A program made the translations under genes and the position numbers. The notes under the pieces are model-generated. The model was not told where the DNA came from and searched no databases. It was given only the letters and a program-made list of their open reading frames with translations. A stretch of 64,000 nucleotides of DNA. Origin: a virus. Its lineage: Duplodnaviria; Caudoviricetes. The stretch lies in the IMG/VR virus record IMGVR_UViG_3300006204_000010, positions 312 to 64,311 of that record. One strand, written 5' to 3'. Of this stretch, positions 1-9,564 are shown one piece after another (positions within the stretch are counted from its first letter, which is position 1; each line of letters begins with the position of its first letter).

Positions 1-68
1 TCGAATGGATTATACGGATTGTCAAATGTAGTCAACATACATTGCTGCATGAACATCTCACTCCTTTA

Positions 69-2747
69 CTATAAATATTTCGATACAGTTGACGTAGATA
101 TTCCAAGGGCTTCCGCTATTTCTGCCGTACTGTAACCAGATGCGCTCATAGATGAAATACGGCTGATTTTGGCAGCGCTCAAAGAAGTTGTTGCGCGCGG
201 TGTTGCTCTCTGTCTTAAGTTATCTATGTCAACATGATTAATGATTTGTTCTAACTGCCTTTCACTAATTGCGCCTGATTGAATCGCTTCCCATTCTCGA
301 TCGGTTACAACAATCGGTTTGCGTTCTGCGCCTACTCGATTGCGCGCCGCAGTCAAAGCCTGTTGGCTGGCTTTCTTAATTTCCGCTTTGCCCATGTCAG
401 GATTGTCCTGTTTCTTTGCGGCAATTACAGCATTTGCAATCACTTGAGCCTGCCTTTCTCTTGGCGCGTTCTTAAGGGCTGTGTTCAGTTTTGCATTGAG
501 TGAATCCACTTCTTTTTGGTAGGTAAGCTTTGCAGAAGAAGAATAAGGAATCTTTCCAGTGTGAATCATTTCTTTACGAGCCTGATTTGCCAACGACTTC
601 ATCTTATTTGCATAGTCTGCATAAGCTTCTTCTTGGGGCGTTCCAGAAGAAAGCGTATAAGCGTTCTTGGTTTCAGCCATTTGCGTGCTTGGCTGTGTAC
701 GCTGTTTTGTCTTTCCATTTTTATCCACATAAACAGGATCATCGACTGTTTTATAGCTTAAAGAGCCATCTTCATTGATAATCGGGCTTCCTTTCCGTTT
801 TGTGACAGACACTTCTGATTTCGCTCTGGAAATTAAGGTTGCTGCGCCCTGTTTATAGCGTCCATCTGCCATTCGCCCCTGATACTTCTTTTTTAGGGAA
901 TCTATGGCGTTGTCTTCTGCGCTTCTTTTGTAATCTAAGTTATGCTTTTCTGCGTCGATGACAACCATGCTGTGACGGACGGCGCGGGCTAATTCGTCCT
1001 GAGTCGCCCCTTTTAAAGTCATATCAGTAATCAGGTTTGAGATTTTGCCCATTTCTGTCTGGGTATTATTCATCTTCTGATAGGGTCGGTCTGTACTCTC
1101 CGGCCCATAAGAGGCTTTCGGGTCAAAGCCTTCTAATCCTTTCAATGGAGGGGTGGAGGTAATTTTTACTTTTGGCCCGGTAGGGATTACCATAACGGTG
1201 TCTCCGTCAAAATCGGCGCCTGAAAGGCGTTCCGCAACTTTGCTGTTGATCCCGACCGCGTCTTTGGAAGCGTTTCCTATCACGCGTTTTCCTTCTGCCT
1301 GTTTATTGTTCACGGTCAGGATCGGTATCTCAAAAGTTCCGCCATGCGGAAACCTTACCAATGCAACCTGCTCCCCATTCTTGTAATTTGGGGCATAGAT
1401 TTCGTTGTTCTTTAATGTCGTTAAAGGCAGGATTACCTGATACTTTTGCCTCGGCAATGCCGCGGCCTGAAGATGCACTGCCGCTGAATCGCAGTCATCT
1501 GCAAAGGATTTCAGCAGGGCTTTCTTTACAGTCGGGTTTGTAAGCGAACAAATTTCGTCATATTCCGCAGTTTTATCCGCAGCGGCAAGCCCAAGCTGTT
1601 TTTTAATCAGTGTCATACTTTGTTTCGAAAGAAACTGGGAAGGGAGATGTTTACTCCATTCGCCCCAGTCTCCTTCTTCTGAACGTTTATTAATCAAAGA
1701 AAGATGTTCTTTTCCATCTTTACCCAGATAGTAACTTTGCCCTCCATGTTCTTTGATTAAGGAACCGAATGGATTATCAGGGTCGTCTTTGATTGGCTTT
1801 AAAACCTTTTCTAATGGAGCGCCTTTCTTTTTATTCGTATTGAATAAGACGTCGACCCCATCTGGAAGATTGTCGGAATAGACTGCCATGCCTTTCATAT
1901 AATGGGTATTGTCTACCAGAATACGGACTTGCGCATAGTGGGAATTGCCAAGAGACAGATCGTCTACCCCTCTCCTGATTTCAATCACGCCGTCTTTTTC
2001 AATTCCGCCATCTTCTGCATAGTTGATTTTCAGCCGTTTGGAATCCATACTTTCCGGGTATTGGAACGCCGGCCTTACTTTTTGCCCATCTTCGGTAAGG
2101 ATTTTCTCGTAATCTCTGACAGAATGAATGTTTTCATATTGATAAATATCCTTATGTTCCGTCCCTTTCGGACAGACAACTTTAATGTTGGTCTGTTTGC
2201 CCGGATTTGTCACCTGTGGGACGCCGCCGCCATAAACGGGGTATCCCTCCATCTCTAATATGTCAAGCGCCTGCTTTAGTTTTTCTTTGGATATGCCAAG
2301 TTCCCGCTCTACGCCAGTTCCAACGTCAACCATGCCTTTCTCATCTATGATTTGCTTTAAAAAATCTGCCGTAACTTTTGCTTGGTTCATACGGCTTTCT
2401 GATTGCTCATTTAGAAGTGAACGGACAGAAGAATCATTTGTAAACCCCATCTTTTCTGCAATCTCGTTTAGGCTGTACCCTTTTTCACGAAGCCCTTTTG
2501 CAGTCGCTACCTGAAGGGTGCGCCGCTCCGCTTTTGCAAGGCTTTTTTGAGCCCTTAACTGCGTCGTGGTAAGCCCCATTTCTTTTGCAATTTCTGTTTC
2601 TTTGAGCCCCTGCTTTTTTAATTCCTCTATCCGGCTTAAAAAATCGCCGCTGTGCTGGTACGGGTTATCGCCCGAACCCCATGGATAACGGCCGGAACGT
2701 CTTGGCATCCCATAATGCATCAGAATATCTTTTGCAATCAAATTCAT
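69..2747 (-). CDS. Single-subunit double-psi-beta-barrel DNA-dependent RNA polymerase (YonO-like) with N- and C-terminal HTH domains
   Basis: LSGADFDGD catalytic Asp triad preceded by VRFPHGG (R-x-P motif); HTH-like segments GLKETEIAKEMG, GYSLNEIAEKMG and C-terminal GYSTAEIAEALGISTSTVSKYL; N-terminal ILMHYGMPRRSGRYPWG. Confidence 0.8.
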   Translation of the reverse strand: MNLIAKDILMHYGMPRRSGRYPWGSGDNPYQHSGDFLSRIEELKKQGLKETEIAKEMGLTTTQLRAQKSLAKAERRTLQVATAKGLREKGYSLNEIAEKMGFTNDSSVRSLLNEQSESRMNQAKVTADFLKQIIDEKGMVDVGTGVERELGISKEKLKQALDILEMEGYPVYGGGVPQVTNPGKQTNIKVVCPKGTEHKDIYQYENIHSVRDYEKILTEDGQKVRPAFQYPESMDSKRLKINYAEDGGIEKDGVIEIRRGVDDLSLGNSHYAQVRILVDNTHYMKGMAVYSDNLPDGVDVLFNTNKKKGAPLEKVLKPIKDDPDNPFGSLIKEHGGQSYYLGKDGKEHLSLINKRSEEGDWGEWSKHLPSQFLSKQSMTLIKKQLGLAAADKTAEYDEICSLTNPTVKKALLKSFADDCDSAAVHLQAAALPRQKYQVILPLTTLKNNEIYAPNYKNGEQVALVRFPHGGTFEIPILTVNNKQAEGKRVIGNASKDAVGINSKVAERLSGADFDGDTVMVIPTGPKVKITSTPPLKGLEGFDPKASYGPESTDRPYQKMNNTQTEMGKISNLITDMTLKGATQDELARAVRHSMVVIDAEKHNLDYKRSAEDNAIDSLKKKYQGRMADGRYKQGAATLISRAKSEVSVTKRKGSPIINEDGSLSYKTVDDPVYVDKNGKTKQRTQPSTQMAETKNAYTLSSGTPQEEAYADYANKMKSLANQARKEMIHTGKIPYSSSAKLTYQKEVDSLNAKLNTALKNAPRERQAQVIANAVIAAKKQDNPDMGKAEIKKASQQALTAARNRVGAERKPIVVTDREWEAIQSGAISERQLEQIINHVDIDNLRQRATPRATTSLSAAKISRISSMSASGYSTAEIAEALGISTSTVSKYL

Positions 2748-3307
2748 AACTGTTCCTCCCGTTCTTTGATGTTTCGAATAATTTTGTCAAACCGAATGAT
2801 TTTGTCCATGATCGGCGCAATGTCTTCCACTGTCGGGTTGCTGATTAAAATATCATCGGCTTGGTACAGACGCAACTCCATTTCTATTTCCGACGGTTTG
2901 ATTTGATATTCCAGACAAAACAGCGCGGCATAAACTTCTAATTGTTCCATATGGGCAGGGACAGCTCCGGTTTTTAAATCATGGATTCGAAGCAATCCGT
3001 TTCGGAATGCGATCGCGTCTACCGTCCCAAAACAATTTTCCGAATATAATAAAATTTGTTCCGGCGCCATCTTGTATCCGATTGCATCGTTTACATAATG
3101 GTTCAGTGTCTTTTGCGACCTTGGCAGTTTTTGCCCAAGGCGGATACACTGCGCCGCAAATTCATGGAGCATCGTCCCTTTCTGCACAGCAAGGAATTTT
3201 TGGTAGGATTCTGCAATTTTATCTTCACTATAATGAATCCAATGGTATTTACTCGCCCCTAAAAAAGCGTGCCGGCCTTCAAGGTTCAAATGTTTGTTGA
3301 AGTTCAT
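2744..3307 (-). CDS. PD-(D/E)XK (Cas4/RecB-like) phage exonuclease
   Basis: GTMLHE...EQ...GTVDAI...IHDLKTG...QLEVY motifs; start trimmed to MNFNKH after an SD. Confidence 0.7.
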   Translation of the reverse strand: MNFNKHLNLEGRHAFLGASKYHWIHYSEDKIAESYQKFLAVQKGTMLHEFAAQCIRLGQKLPRSQKTLNHYVNDAIGYKMAPEQILLYSENCFGTVDAIAFRNGLLRIHDLKTGAVPAHMEQLEVYAALFCLEYQIKPSEIEMELRLYQADDILISNPTVEDIAPIMDKIIRFDKIIRNIKEREEQL

Positions 3308-3578
3308 GGAATATTTCCTCCTTGTTTTCCGGGCAGATAAATCTTGAAAATGACATTTCATTCATCTGCCTGACATAATATTCTTGATTCGGCTGTTTTT
3401 TCGCTGACGCAGATTTCTTGCATTCTAAAGAGGCCCATTTGTCGTGGTACAAAATTAAAAGGTCTGGTATTCCCTGAATATAACTGGAATCCAATTTCAT
3501 TACCATGCAGCCGGGGAACCTATCTTTCAGTTCTAGAATCAGCTTCGCCTGAAAGTCGCGTTCTAATTTTGCCGCCAT
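3279..3578 (-). CDS. VRR-NUC family nuclease (Holliday junction resolvase-like)
   Basis: ERDFQ...GIPDLLIL...LECKKS...QPNQ motifs. Confidence 0.75.
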   Translation of the reverse strand: MAAKLERDFQAKLILELKDRFPGCMVMKLDSSYIQGIPDLLILYHDKWASLECKKSASAKKQPNQEYYVRQMNEMSFSRFICPENKEEIFHELQQTFEP

Positions 3579-3654
3579 GTCAAAACCCCCTATTTTTCCC
3601 AAACAAAAAGAGAGAATGTAAAAACTCCATTTTGACGTTTCTATCCTCTCTCTT

Positions 3655-3680
3655 CATAAAAGGGCATGTTTTTTTCGCGT
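3655..3680 (-). promoter_or_regulatory. Phage promoter-like motif (class I)
   Basis: Minus strand ACGCGAAAAAAACA-TGCCCTT-TTATG matches the repeated consensus. Confidence 0.6.
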
Positions 3681-3742
3681 GGAAAAAACAGCAAAAGAAA
3701 AAGCCCACATCATATAGACATGAGCTTTTCGTAGTGAATCAA

Positions 3743-4045
3743 TTATTTATCAAATATACTGCAACTAATGATACAACTCGGGTATGCGGCGTCGCAATGC
3801 CTGCAACACTCCGGCATATTGCCTATGGGGTCTGCCAATATTTCTGCAACTGTATATTCTCTGGCAGCTATGATGTAATACTCTTGATTCACATCGTCGT
3901 ATTCCGTGCTGCCTTCTGCATTACAGTCTAAACATTCCCATTCCAGCAAACCGCCTGCATACTCCATACAACCGCCGCAAACAGGGCACTCCTGCTTTTG
4001 GCTTATGTATTCCTTGTAAATTTCTTCCTCAGTTTTTTGATTCAT
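3743..4045 (-). CDS. Small Cys-rich zinc-finger protein
   Basis: CPVC..CLDC and C-terminal CCRHC..C..C; SD present. Confidence 0.6.
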   Translation of the reverse strand: MNQKTEEEIYKEYISQKQECPVCGGCMEYAGGLLEWECLDCNAEGSTEYDDVNQEYYIIAAREYTVAEILADPIGNMPECCRHCDAAYPSCIISCSIFDK

Positions 4046-4140
4046 TTTTTATCTCCTTTCGAAAATATAATCAAAGAGATAAAAAGCTTTTTATCCTCTC
4101 CTTTCATAATAGCGCTTGTAAATCATACGCAGGAAAATCC

Positions 4141-5178
4141 TTATCCTGTTTTTAAATATACGTTTCCTTCCGAATCAATCACGTACTCTGCTTTTTTCCC
4201 CAGAGCGTGTATGGTCTGGCGGAAAGCCTTTCGCAGCTCAGATTCATTCCCTTCGCTAAACGAATTGATAATCTCGTCGGCTTTCTTTTCAAGTTTTGGT
4301 TTATCAAGTTTTTTAAGCACGCCTTCTTTATAATCCGTAATACGGGTTTTTAACATGCTAAAACAGCTTAGGATACGGTTCTCACATTTAGACATATAGG
4401 TGGTTGCGCCTTTTTCTACATAGCAAATATAATCAGAATTATGGTTCCCGGAATAGTAAACTTCCAACAGGGTACTCATAATATATAGCTGTATCGATAA
4501 TAACAAGCTGTCTTTTATCTGAACTGCTTCGTCCACTATGGCATTCAGATCAGAAACATTTTTTGAAGTGACAATCGCGTTTAAATCTGACATATAAAAT
4601 TCAATATCTTTCATCGCCACTTTTTTCGATTCCTGTAAATTGGTCAGGGTAGCCAGACGCTGCTGTTCATGCTCCATTATGGAACTATAATTTTGGTAAG
4701 CGTATCCGGCAAAACTGACTTCGGCTAACAGCTCTGCTTTTTTGTCCCCATATAAAAATTTCAAAATATTGTCAATATTTTGGTTTATCGTCTTAAGCTC
4801 TTTATTAATCTCCGCCAAAAAATACTGCCCGGAAGCAATCGACATCGCAGTAAATGCGCCGAAAGCCGCTGCCTGCCCAGTTGTTTTATATAGCGAAGCA
4901 TGTCCGGCGATTCCTGTTTCTCCCATAAGAGCCGTACCATAACCGCCGCTACGGTATTGCATTAACTGACAGGCATCCGATATCCCATTTGGGAATTTTA
5001 GGATATATGCTTCAGCTAAAGTTTTCGTTGCCAATACTGCCGGAATTTGCTGGACGAATCCTCCCATTTGAATCTTTTGGGAAGATGTTATCTCTAACTT
5101 TTTGTATTCAGATTTGTTTTCAATATCTGTAATTTTATCGATTGGTAGAATGTCAAAATGCTTTTCTTGATTTATCAC
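4141..5178 (-). CDS. Hypothetical accessory protein (345 aa)
   Basis: Long ORF, third gene of an AT-rich three-gene cassette; no family confidently recognised. Confidence 0.6.
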   Translation of the reverse strand: MINQEKHFDILPIDKITDIENKSEYKKLEITSSQKIQMGGFVQQIPAVLATKTLAEAYILKFPNGISDACQLMQYRSGGYGTALMGETGIAGHASLYKTTGQAAAFGAFTAMSIASGQYFLAEINKELKTINQNIDNILKFLYGDKKAELLAEVSFAGYAYQNYSSIMEHEQQRLATLTNLQESKKVAMKDIEFYMSDLNAIVTSKNVSDLNAIVDEAVQIKDSLLLSIQLYIMSTLLEVYYSGNHNSDYICYVEKGATTYMSKCENRILSCFSMLKTRITDYKEGVLKKLDKPKLEKKADEIINSFSEGNESELRKAFRQTIHALGKKAEYVIDSEGNVYLKTG

Positions 5179-5180
5179 GA

Positions 5181-5876
5181 TTACTCCATCTCTTTGAATA
5201 TAATGTTATATTCTTGTTCCTTCACTAAATCAGTATTTACCAACTTATAAATAATTTCTTTTGCGTTTTCGAACGCTTTTTCTAAAATACCATTCTCAAC
5301 TGCTCTTTTTTCCATAGCTTCTTTACCAATAGCATCCAATTCTCTCACATCATCAATTTTAATTGGGTTAAAAAATCCGTTCTTTTCATCAAGCGTTTCG
5401 ATACTATCGCTGTCTATTTCATGTGAAAGTATTTCAGACTTTGGAATATGTACTACAATCTCTTTCTTGTTGTTGTTTAATTCTACTTTAATTTCATCCA
5501 CTTTTACGCCAGACTTTATAATTCCGTCCCATTTCACAATAAAAGACTTCGTTGTAAACGGAATATCTTGTCCAAACAGCGTTGGCGCATCTTCAAATTT
5601 AGCAGCATCCGTATACAAATATTCTATTGTAGCAAGCTCTCCAATATCTTTAATTTCTGAATTTAACATATCAATATTGATTTCTTTTGATGCTATTTCA
5701 TATTTAGCAGTAGGCTCTGAAAGTTGTTCGTTTTCTTCTTCAAGTTCTTTTATTATGCTTTCGTATTTCTCAGAAGCCTTGTTATAACCGTAATTAAATA
5801 TCAAAGCTATTATGGCTCCTATTGCCAACAATACTATTATTGCGCCAATAATTTTAGCTTTATGTTTAACCCACAT
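5181..5876 (-). CDS. Membrane-anchored DUF4230-like protein
   Basis: N-terminal TM, coiled coil, ELATIEY...WDGIIKSGV...IVVHIPKSEILSHEID pattern (family recalled). Confidence 0.6.
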   Translation of the reverse strand: MWVKHKAKIIGAIIVLLAIGAIIALIFNYGYNKASEKYESIIKELEEENEQLSEPTAKYEIASKEINIDMLNSEIKDIGELATIEYLYTDAAKFEDAPTLFGQDIPFTTKSFIVKWDGIIKSGVKVDEIKVELNNNKKEIVVHIPKSEILSHEIDSDSIETLDEKNGFFNPIKIDDVRELDAIGKEAMEKRAVENGILEKAFENAKEIIYKLVNTDLVKEQEYNIIFKEME

Positions 5877-5905
5877 AGCCTCTCCTTTTGTATAATATCT
5901 ATATT

Positions 5906-6955
5906 TTACTGAAATGCCTTCTTTTCTTCTTCTAATTGTTTAAGAAATTCTTCTTTTTCTTTCTCTACCTGATCTTCGTATGCTTCTTTTTCTTCTTCTA
6001 CTTGTTTCTCGTATGATTCCGCATCCATTTCCTTGTTATCCGTTTGAATGTCTGATTTTTCAACACTTCCAGAAGCATTTTCATCTATTGCATCATATTG
6101 AAGCGATACCTCATACCCATCAGCATTTATAGCTCTATATGCATCATTCCCTTCGAATTGCACATTTGTAAAACCTGCCTCAGCGCATTGTTGAGTATAG
6201 GCATTAAATTCTTCTCTCGATACTCCATACGCATCAAAAAAGAAATAATCATCGTCATCTGAACCAACTGATACGATTCTAAACTCTGGTTTAGGTAATA
6301 AAGAACTCAGCTCACTGTCAGACCATTCGTACAATTCTTTACTCCCTTGCGTTGAACTTCCATACTGTTTAGTATTGAAATCATAGTACATCATATATAA
6401 TTTATCATCTTTCCCAATATAAACAATTGACACTGTGTCAGGCCTCATAAGATCATACTGTTCCATATTTTTAACACGCGTGTATGTACCGTTAATTGAA
6501 CATGGAGATTCCCCAACCGTTTCTCCGGGATCTGCAACTTTTCGATTATAGCCTAAAATGTGCATTTTCTCTATGTCTTCATCTGTCCAAAGACTATTTT
6601 CTTCTTTAAGAATATCAAATACTGCACGCTGCTCTGGAGTTACATCATCTTTTTGCACAAATTTCATCTCAACATCTGCGATAGTATAGTCCGTATTATT
6701 TGTATACCCAAAGCTAATTATTCTTTCACCGTCAATAATGCCTTCTTCCACTTTCCAATCTATATCCTCTATTGAGATAGATGCCTGACTATCATCCTCC
6801 TTAGATTCCAACTCTTCATCTTCGCCAGTATCGTCTTTAATAGTTTCACTCTCTGCATTTGTTCCTTCACTGCCATTACTCGCCGGTTTATCCCCACAAG
6901 CTGCAAGTGTCAAAGCCATTGTCCCAATCAGTAATAATGCAATTCTTCTTTTCAT
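5906..6955 (-). CDS. Acidic lipoprotein (DUF6591-like C-terminus)
   Basis: Signal peptide with lipobox LAAC; SD GAAAGGAG 7 nt upstream of MKRR. Confidence 0.65.
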   Translation of the reverse strand: MKRRIALLLIGTMALTLAACGDKPASNGSEGTNAESETIKDDTGEDEELESKEDDSQASISIEDIDWKVEEGIIDGERIISFGYTNNTDYTIADVEMKFVQKDDVTPEQRAVFDILKEENSLWTDEDIEKMHILGYNRKVADPGETVGESPCSINGTYTRVKNMEQYDLMRPDTVSIVYIGKDDKLYMMYYDFNTKQYGSSTQGSKELYEWSDSELSSLLPKPEFRIVSVGSDDDDYFFFDAYGVSREEFNAYTQQCAEAGFTNVQFEGNDAYRAINADGYEVSLQYDAIDENASGSVEKSDIQTDNKEMDAESYEKQVEEEKEAYEDQVEKEKEEFLKQLEEEKKAFQ

Positions 6956-6974
6956 TTCCATTCTCCTTTCAACA

Positions 6975-7167
6975 TTAAAAAAGTGCGTCCCCAAGAGGAA
7001 ACGCACTAAAAAAATGAATCTCCCATTGTCGCCACACAATCTTATCTTTGGTTAAAGGTATAAGTAAAGAGAGAACATTTTTTATCAAAAAAATATCCCC
7101 TTTAACCAAATAAAATAATATAATTGTGTGGCTTTTTGAGAATAACATAATTTACAAATATTGTAAA
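6975..7167 (-). promoter_or_regulatory. sigmaA promoter with palindromic operator and structured leader/attenuator
   Basis: TTTACA-17-TATTCT; 7-3-7 IR tttacaa/ttgtaaa; nested stems gccacacaat/attgtgtggc and tttggttaaagg/cctttaaccaaa; gtgcgt...acgcac hairpin plus U-run before the SD. Confidence 0.5.
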
Positions 7168-7174
7168 TACTTTT

Positions 7175-7360
7175 TTAAGTTCTTTCAACAATTTTCCCTC
7201 TTTTATCCACTTCATTATAAATCATTTGAAAATCATCTGAAAAATATATCATTATCGACATATAGCCATAAGGACAGTACCCAACTGTCTCCTTCATTAA
7301 ATTTGGATAAAGAAATTTGAAGTTTTTGTAAATCTCTTTCCATTCATTTTTGTCACTCAT
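7175..7360 (-). CDS. Small hypothetical protein
   Basis: 61-aa ORF with SD (GGAAAGGAAA). Confidence 0.55.
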   Translation of the reverse strand: MSDKNEWKEIYKNFKFLYPNLMKETVGYCPYGYMSIMIYFSDDFQMIYNEVDKRGKIVERT

Positions 7361-7379
7361 AAAATTTCCTTTCCAGCCT

Positions 7380-7670
7380 TACGCCCACTTGCCCACTTAT
7401 TTTTGCAAACTCTTTATATATATTAAACTTTTTATCGCATTTAGTTAGTGAAAAAAGTGGGCAAAGTGGGCTTTAAGTCCGCAAACCCGCATAAATACTG
7501 GATTCTTTACGCCCAAACAGGGGTTTTTGAGTTTGTCCAAAAGTGGGCGTTTGGGCGTAAAATCAATGACTTTTGATCTAATTTTTCCTGTTTTCTTATC
7601 AAATAGCCTTATCTTCGTTCTAAAATAGGATACATAAGTGGGCGTTTGAAAACATAAATGGGCGTAAAAT
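7380..7670. repeat. Putative replication origin with GCCCAC(TT)/AAGTGGGC and ACGCCC/GGGCGT iteron-like repeats
   Basis: Non-coding 300 bp with about 9 direct/inverted copies flanking an AT-rich core (tttatatatattaaa). Confidence 0.5.
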
Positions 7671-7683
7671 TACCTTTTTAACC

Positions 7684-8199
7684 TTACATTTCCTCTAATC
7701 TCACGCCGCCATACTCCCAAAGGTCTTTTTTCAGTTCTTCCATATCCAATTCCCCATTCTCCCACATGGCATAATACTCCAAAATATAATTTGTAAATTG
7801 GGGAATCCGGGCAGCGTATGACTTCTTCCAATAATGATCCATCAGCACTTCCAAAGGAAGCGTAAGCAGCAAAACCATCGCTGTATTTACAGCTTTTTCA
7901 GAAGCTTCTTGTTTTGCTTTTCTCAGTTCCTCTCCAAATTTTTCACGGATTGTGTCGTCAAGCTGCTTCCTTGTAAAGTTATATGTGGCAGTCTTTTCCT
8001 TTCTCTCCTTTTTCTTTGCGCGTCTAATTTCTGCACGGCTCATACTGTCCCTCCCATAAATATAATTTTCCCTCGAAAAAAATAGCGTAATTCCAATAAT
8101 TAAGGCAAATAAAAAGAACGTAACGTCCCTTTCCAACAAAACCGATAACGTTCCCAAAAACAGAATCACGATGGCAAACAATTTATTCTTCTTACACAT
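7684..8199 (-). CDS. Hypothetical phage protein (N-terminal 2-TM segment in frame with MSRAEIRR domain)
   Basis: ORF track; internal SD GGGAGG before the ATG at 8043 suggests a second start. Confidence 0.55.
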   Translation of the reverse strand: MCKKNKLFAIVILFLGTLSVLLERDVTFFLFALIIGITLFFSRENYIYGRDSMSRAEIRRAKKKERKEKTATYNFTRKQLDDTIREKFGEELRKAKQEASEKAVNTAMVLLLTLPLEVLMDHYWKKSYAARIPQFTNYILEYYAMWENGELDMEELKKDLWEYGGVRLEEM

Positions 8200-8207
8200 G
8201 TAAAAGC

Positions 8208-8549
8208 CTATACACTTCCCTTCCATACAAATGGTAAATCAATTTTTTTGCTGTTCCTGTCGTCTATGTACTCATGGGCAAATATCTTTCTACTATTCCC
8301 TCCCATCCATTCCAAAACTTCAGGAAGGTTTTCATTCACAGAATCAAATATAAGCCCTTTCCTGCGGCATTTAGAGATTGCCTGTTCCAACAATCTGCCT
8401 TTACGGCAAGTCCATAATATAATTTTATTTCCTTTTTCCTGTTCCGCTTTCAAATATGCGAACAGTTCTAAATTCAGTTTTCCAATTTTAGGCCACATAT
8501 CTTCACATAAAGTTCCGTCAAAATCTACGGCAATAATTTTAAAATCCAT
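8208..8549 (-). CDS. HAD-superfamily phosphatase
   Basis: IIAVDFDGTL motif I, IILWTCR motif II, YIDDR motif IV. Confidence 0.8.
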   Translation of the reverse strand: MDFKIIAVDFDGTLCEDMWPKIGKLNLELFAYLKAEQEKGNKIILWTCRKGRLLEQAISKCRRKGLIFDSVNENLPEVLEWMGGNSRKIFAHEYIDDRNSKKIDLPFVWKGSV

Positions 8550-8575
8550 TTCTTCTCCTTTCAAAAATGAATATA

Positions 8576-8630
8576 AAAATAACCCGAATCTGTCCATTTA
8601 GACAAACCGGGCTATTAATCTTTATTCGGT
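8576..8630 (-). terminator. Intrinsic terminator
   Basis: Hairpin (a)acccg...cgggct with a U-run on the minus strand. Confidence 0.55.
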
Positions 8631-8644
8631 TTTTAATTCTCTTT

Positions 8645-8761
8645 TCATCTTATATGATCCTCTGGCGCATGTACAAAAGCAGAGATTATAAATCCTCCGC
8701 CAATCCCTATACCGGTAGTCATTATCACAATTCCCACTATCAATCTCGCTTTATTTCCCAT
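8645..8761 (-). CDS. 38-aa membrane peptide (MGNKARLIVGIVIMTTGIGIGGGFIISAFVHAPEDHIR)
   Basis: Manually translated; start overlaps the end of the SLT gene; hydrophobic core. Confidence 0.45.
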   Translation of the reverse strand: MGNKARLIVGIVIMTTGIGIGGGFIISAFVHAPEDHIR

Positions 8762-9251
8762 GCAAACGTTCCAGTTCTGCGCTTCTTTTCAGAATCGTTC
8801 CTGCATAATCTGACAAAATGCCCTGTTCATAATTTTTCCCCGCCCGGTTGTTTCCATTATAGGTATCCAATACTAGGCTTACATCCTTAAACTCTGCAAA
8901 CAATTCCGCCAGATAATCAGCCGCTAATAATATATTGCTGTTTTCATCATACAAATTCCATGCGCCAAGCTTTTCCATACGGCCATAATGGTATTTTTCA
9001 TAAATCTGGCACAAACCAATACAGCCGCCGTTTACCGCATTGGGATTCCCGCTGCTCTCTGTTTCAATTAATGCTTGTAGAAGTTCTGGGCATATCCCAT
9101 ATGCTTCTCCATATTTTACCGTTGCCGCGTATGCCGTGTCAGAAATTCTCGCGTCCATATCTGCGGTGCTTGCTGTGATTGGACGGAATATAAAAATTGT
9201 GATTGCCGCTATGATTGGAAAAAACAGCAGGTATTTTGTTTTTTGTTTCAT
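8751..9251 (-). CDS. Lytic transglycosylase (SLT domain) with N-terminal signal/TM
   Basis: LLQALIETESSGNPNAV...IGLCQI catalytic ES motif; start trimmed to MKQKTK. Confidence 0.8.
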   Translation of the reverse strand: MKQKTKYLLFFPIIAAITIFIFRPITASTADMDARISDTAYAATVKYGEAYGICPELLQALIETESSGNPNAVNGGCIGLCQIYEKYHYGRMEKLGAWNLYDENSNILLAADYLAELFAEFKDVSLVLDTYNGNNRAGKNYEQGILSDYAGTILKRSAELERLHGK

Positions 9252-9351
9252 TTTATTTTTCTCCTTTTTTGTATAGTTGCCACGAAATATTAATTGTGTT
9301 ATAAATATAATAAAGCTGCTGCATCGGAATCCATTAAGGAGGCAGATGCAA

Positions 9352-9564
9352 ATGAACCAAAATTTACCTGTACAAAACATACCACGTTCTAATTTTTCGA
9401 ATCCTGTGATTGCCGTCACTGCGATTCTTACTGTCGGAGTATGCTATTGTGTAACCATTACTATAAATGCAAAATATAATCGTGATACGGAACTAGCTTA
9501 TAAAGAATTTTCTATGAAATCCCATTCTTCAGTCCCTTCCACAGATGAACCATCTAACACATAA
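9352..9564 (+). CDS. 70-aa antisense-oriented small membrane protein
   Basis: TTGCCA-17-TATAAA promoter, AAGGAGG SD, hydrophobic PVIAVTAILTVGVCYCVTITI. Confidence 0.5.
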   Translation: MNQNLPVQNIPRSNFSNPVIAVTAILTVGVCYCVTITINAKYNRDTELAYKEFSMKSHSSVPSTDEPSNT

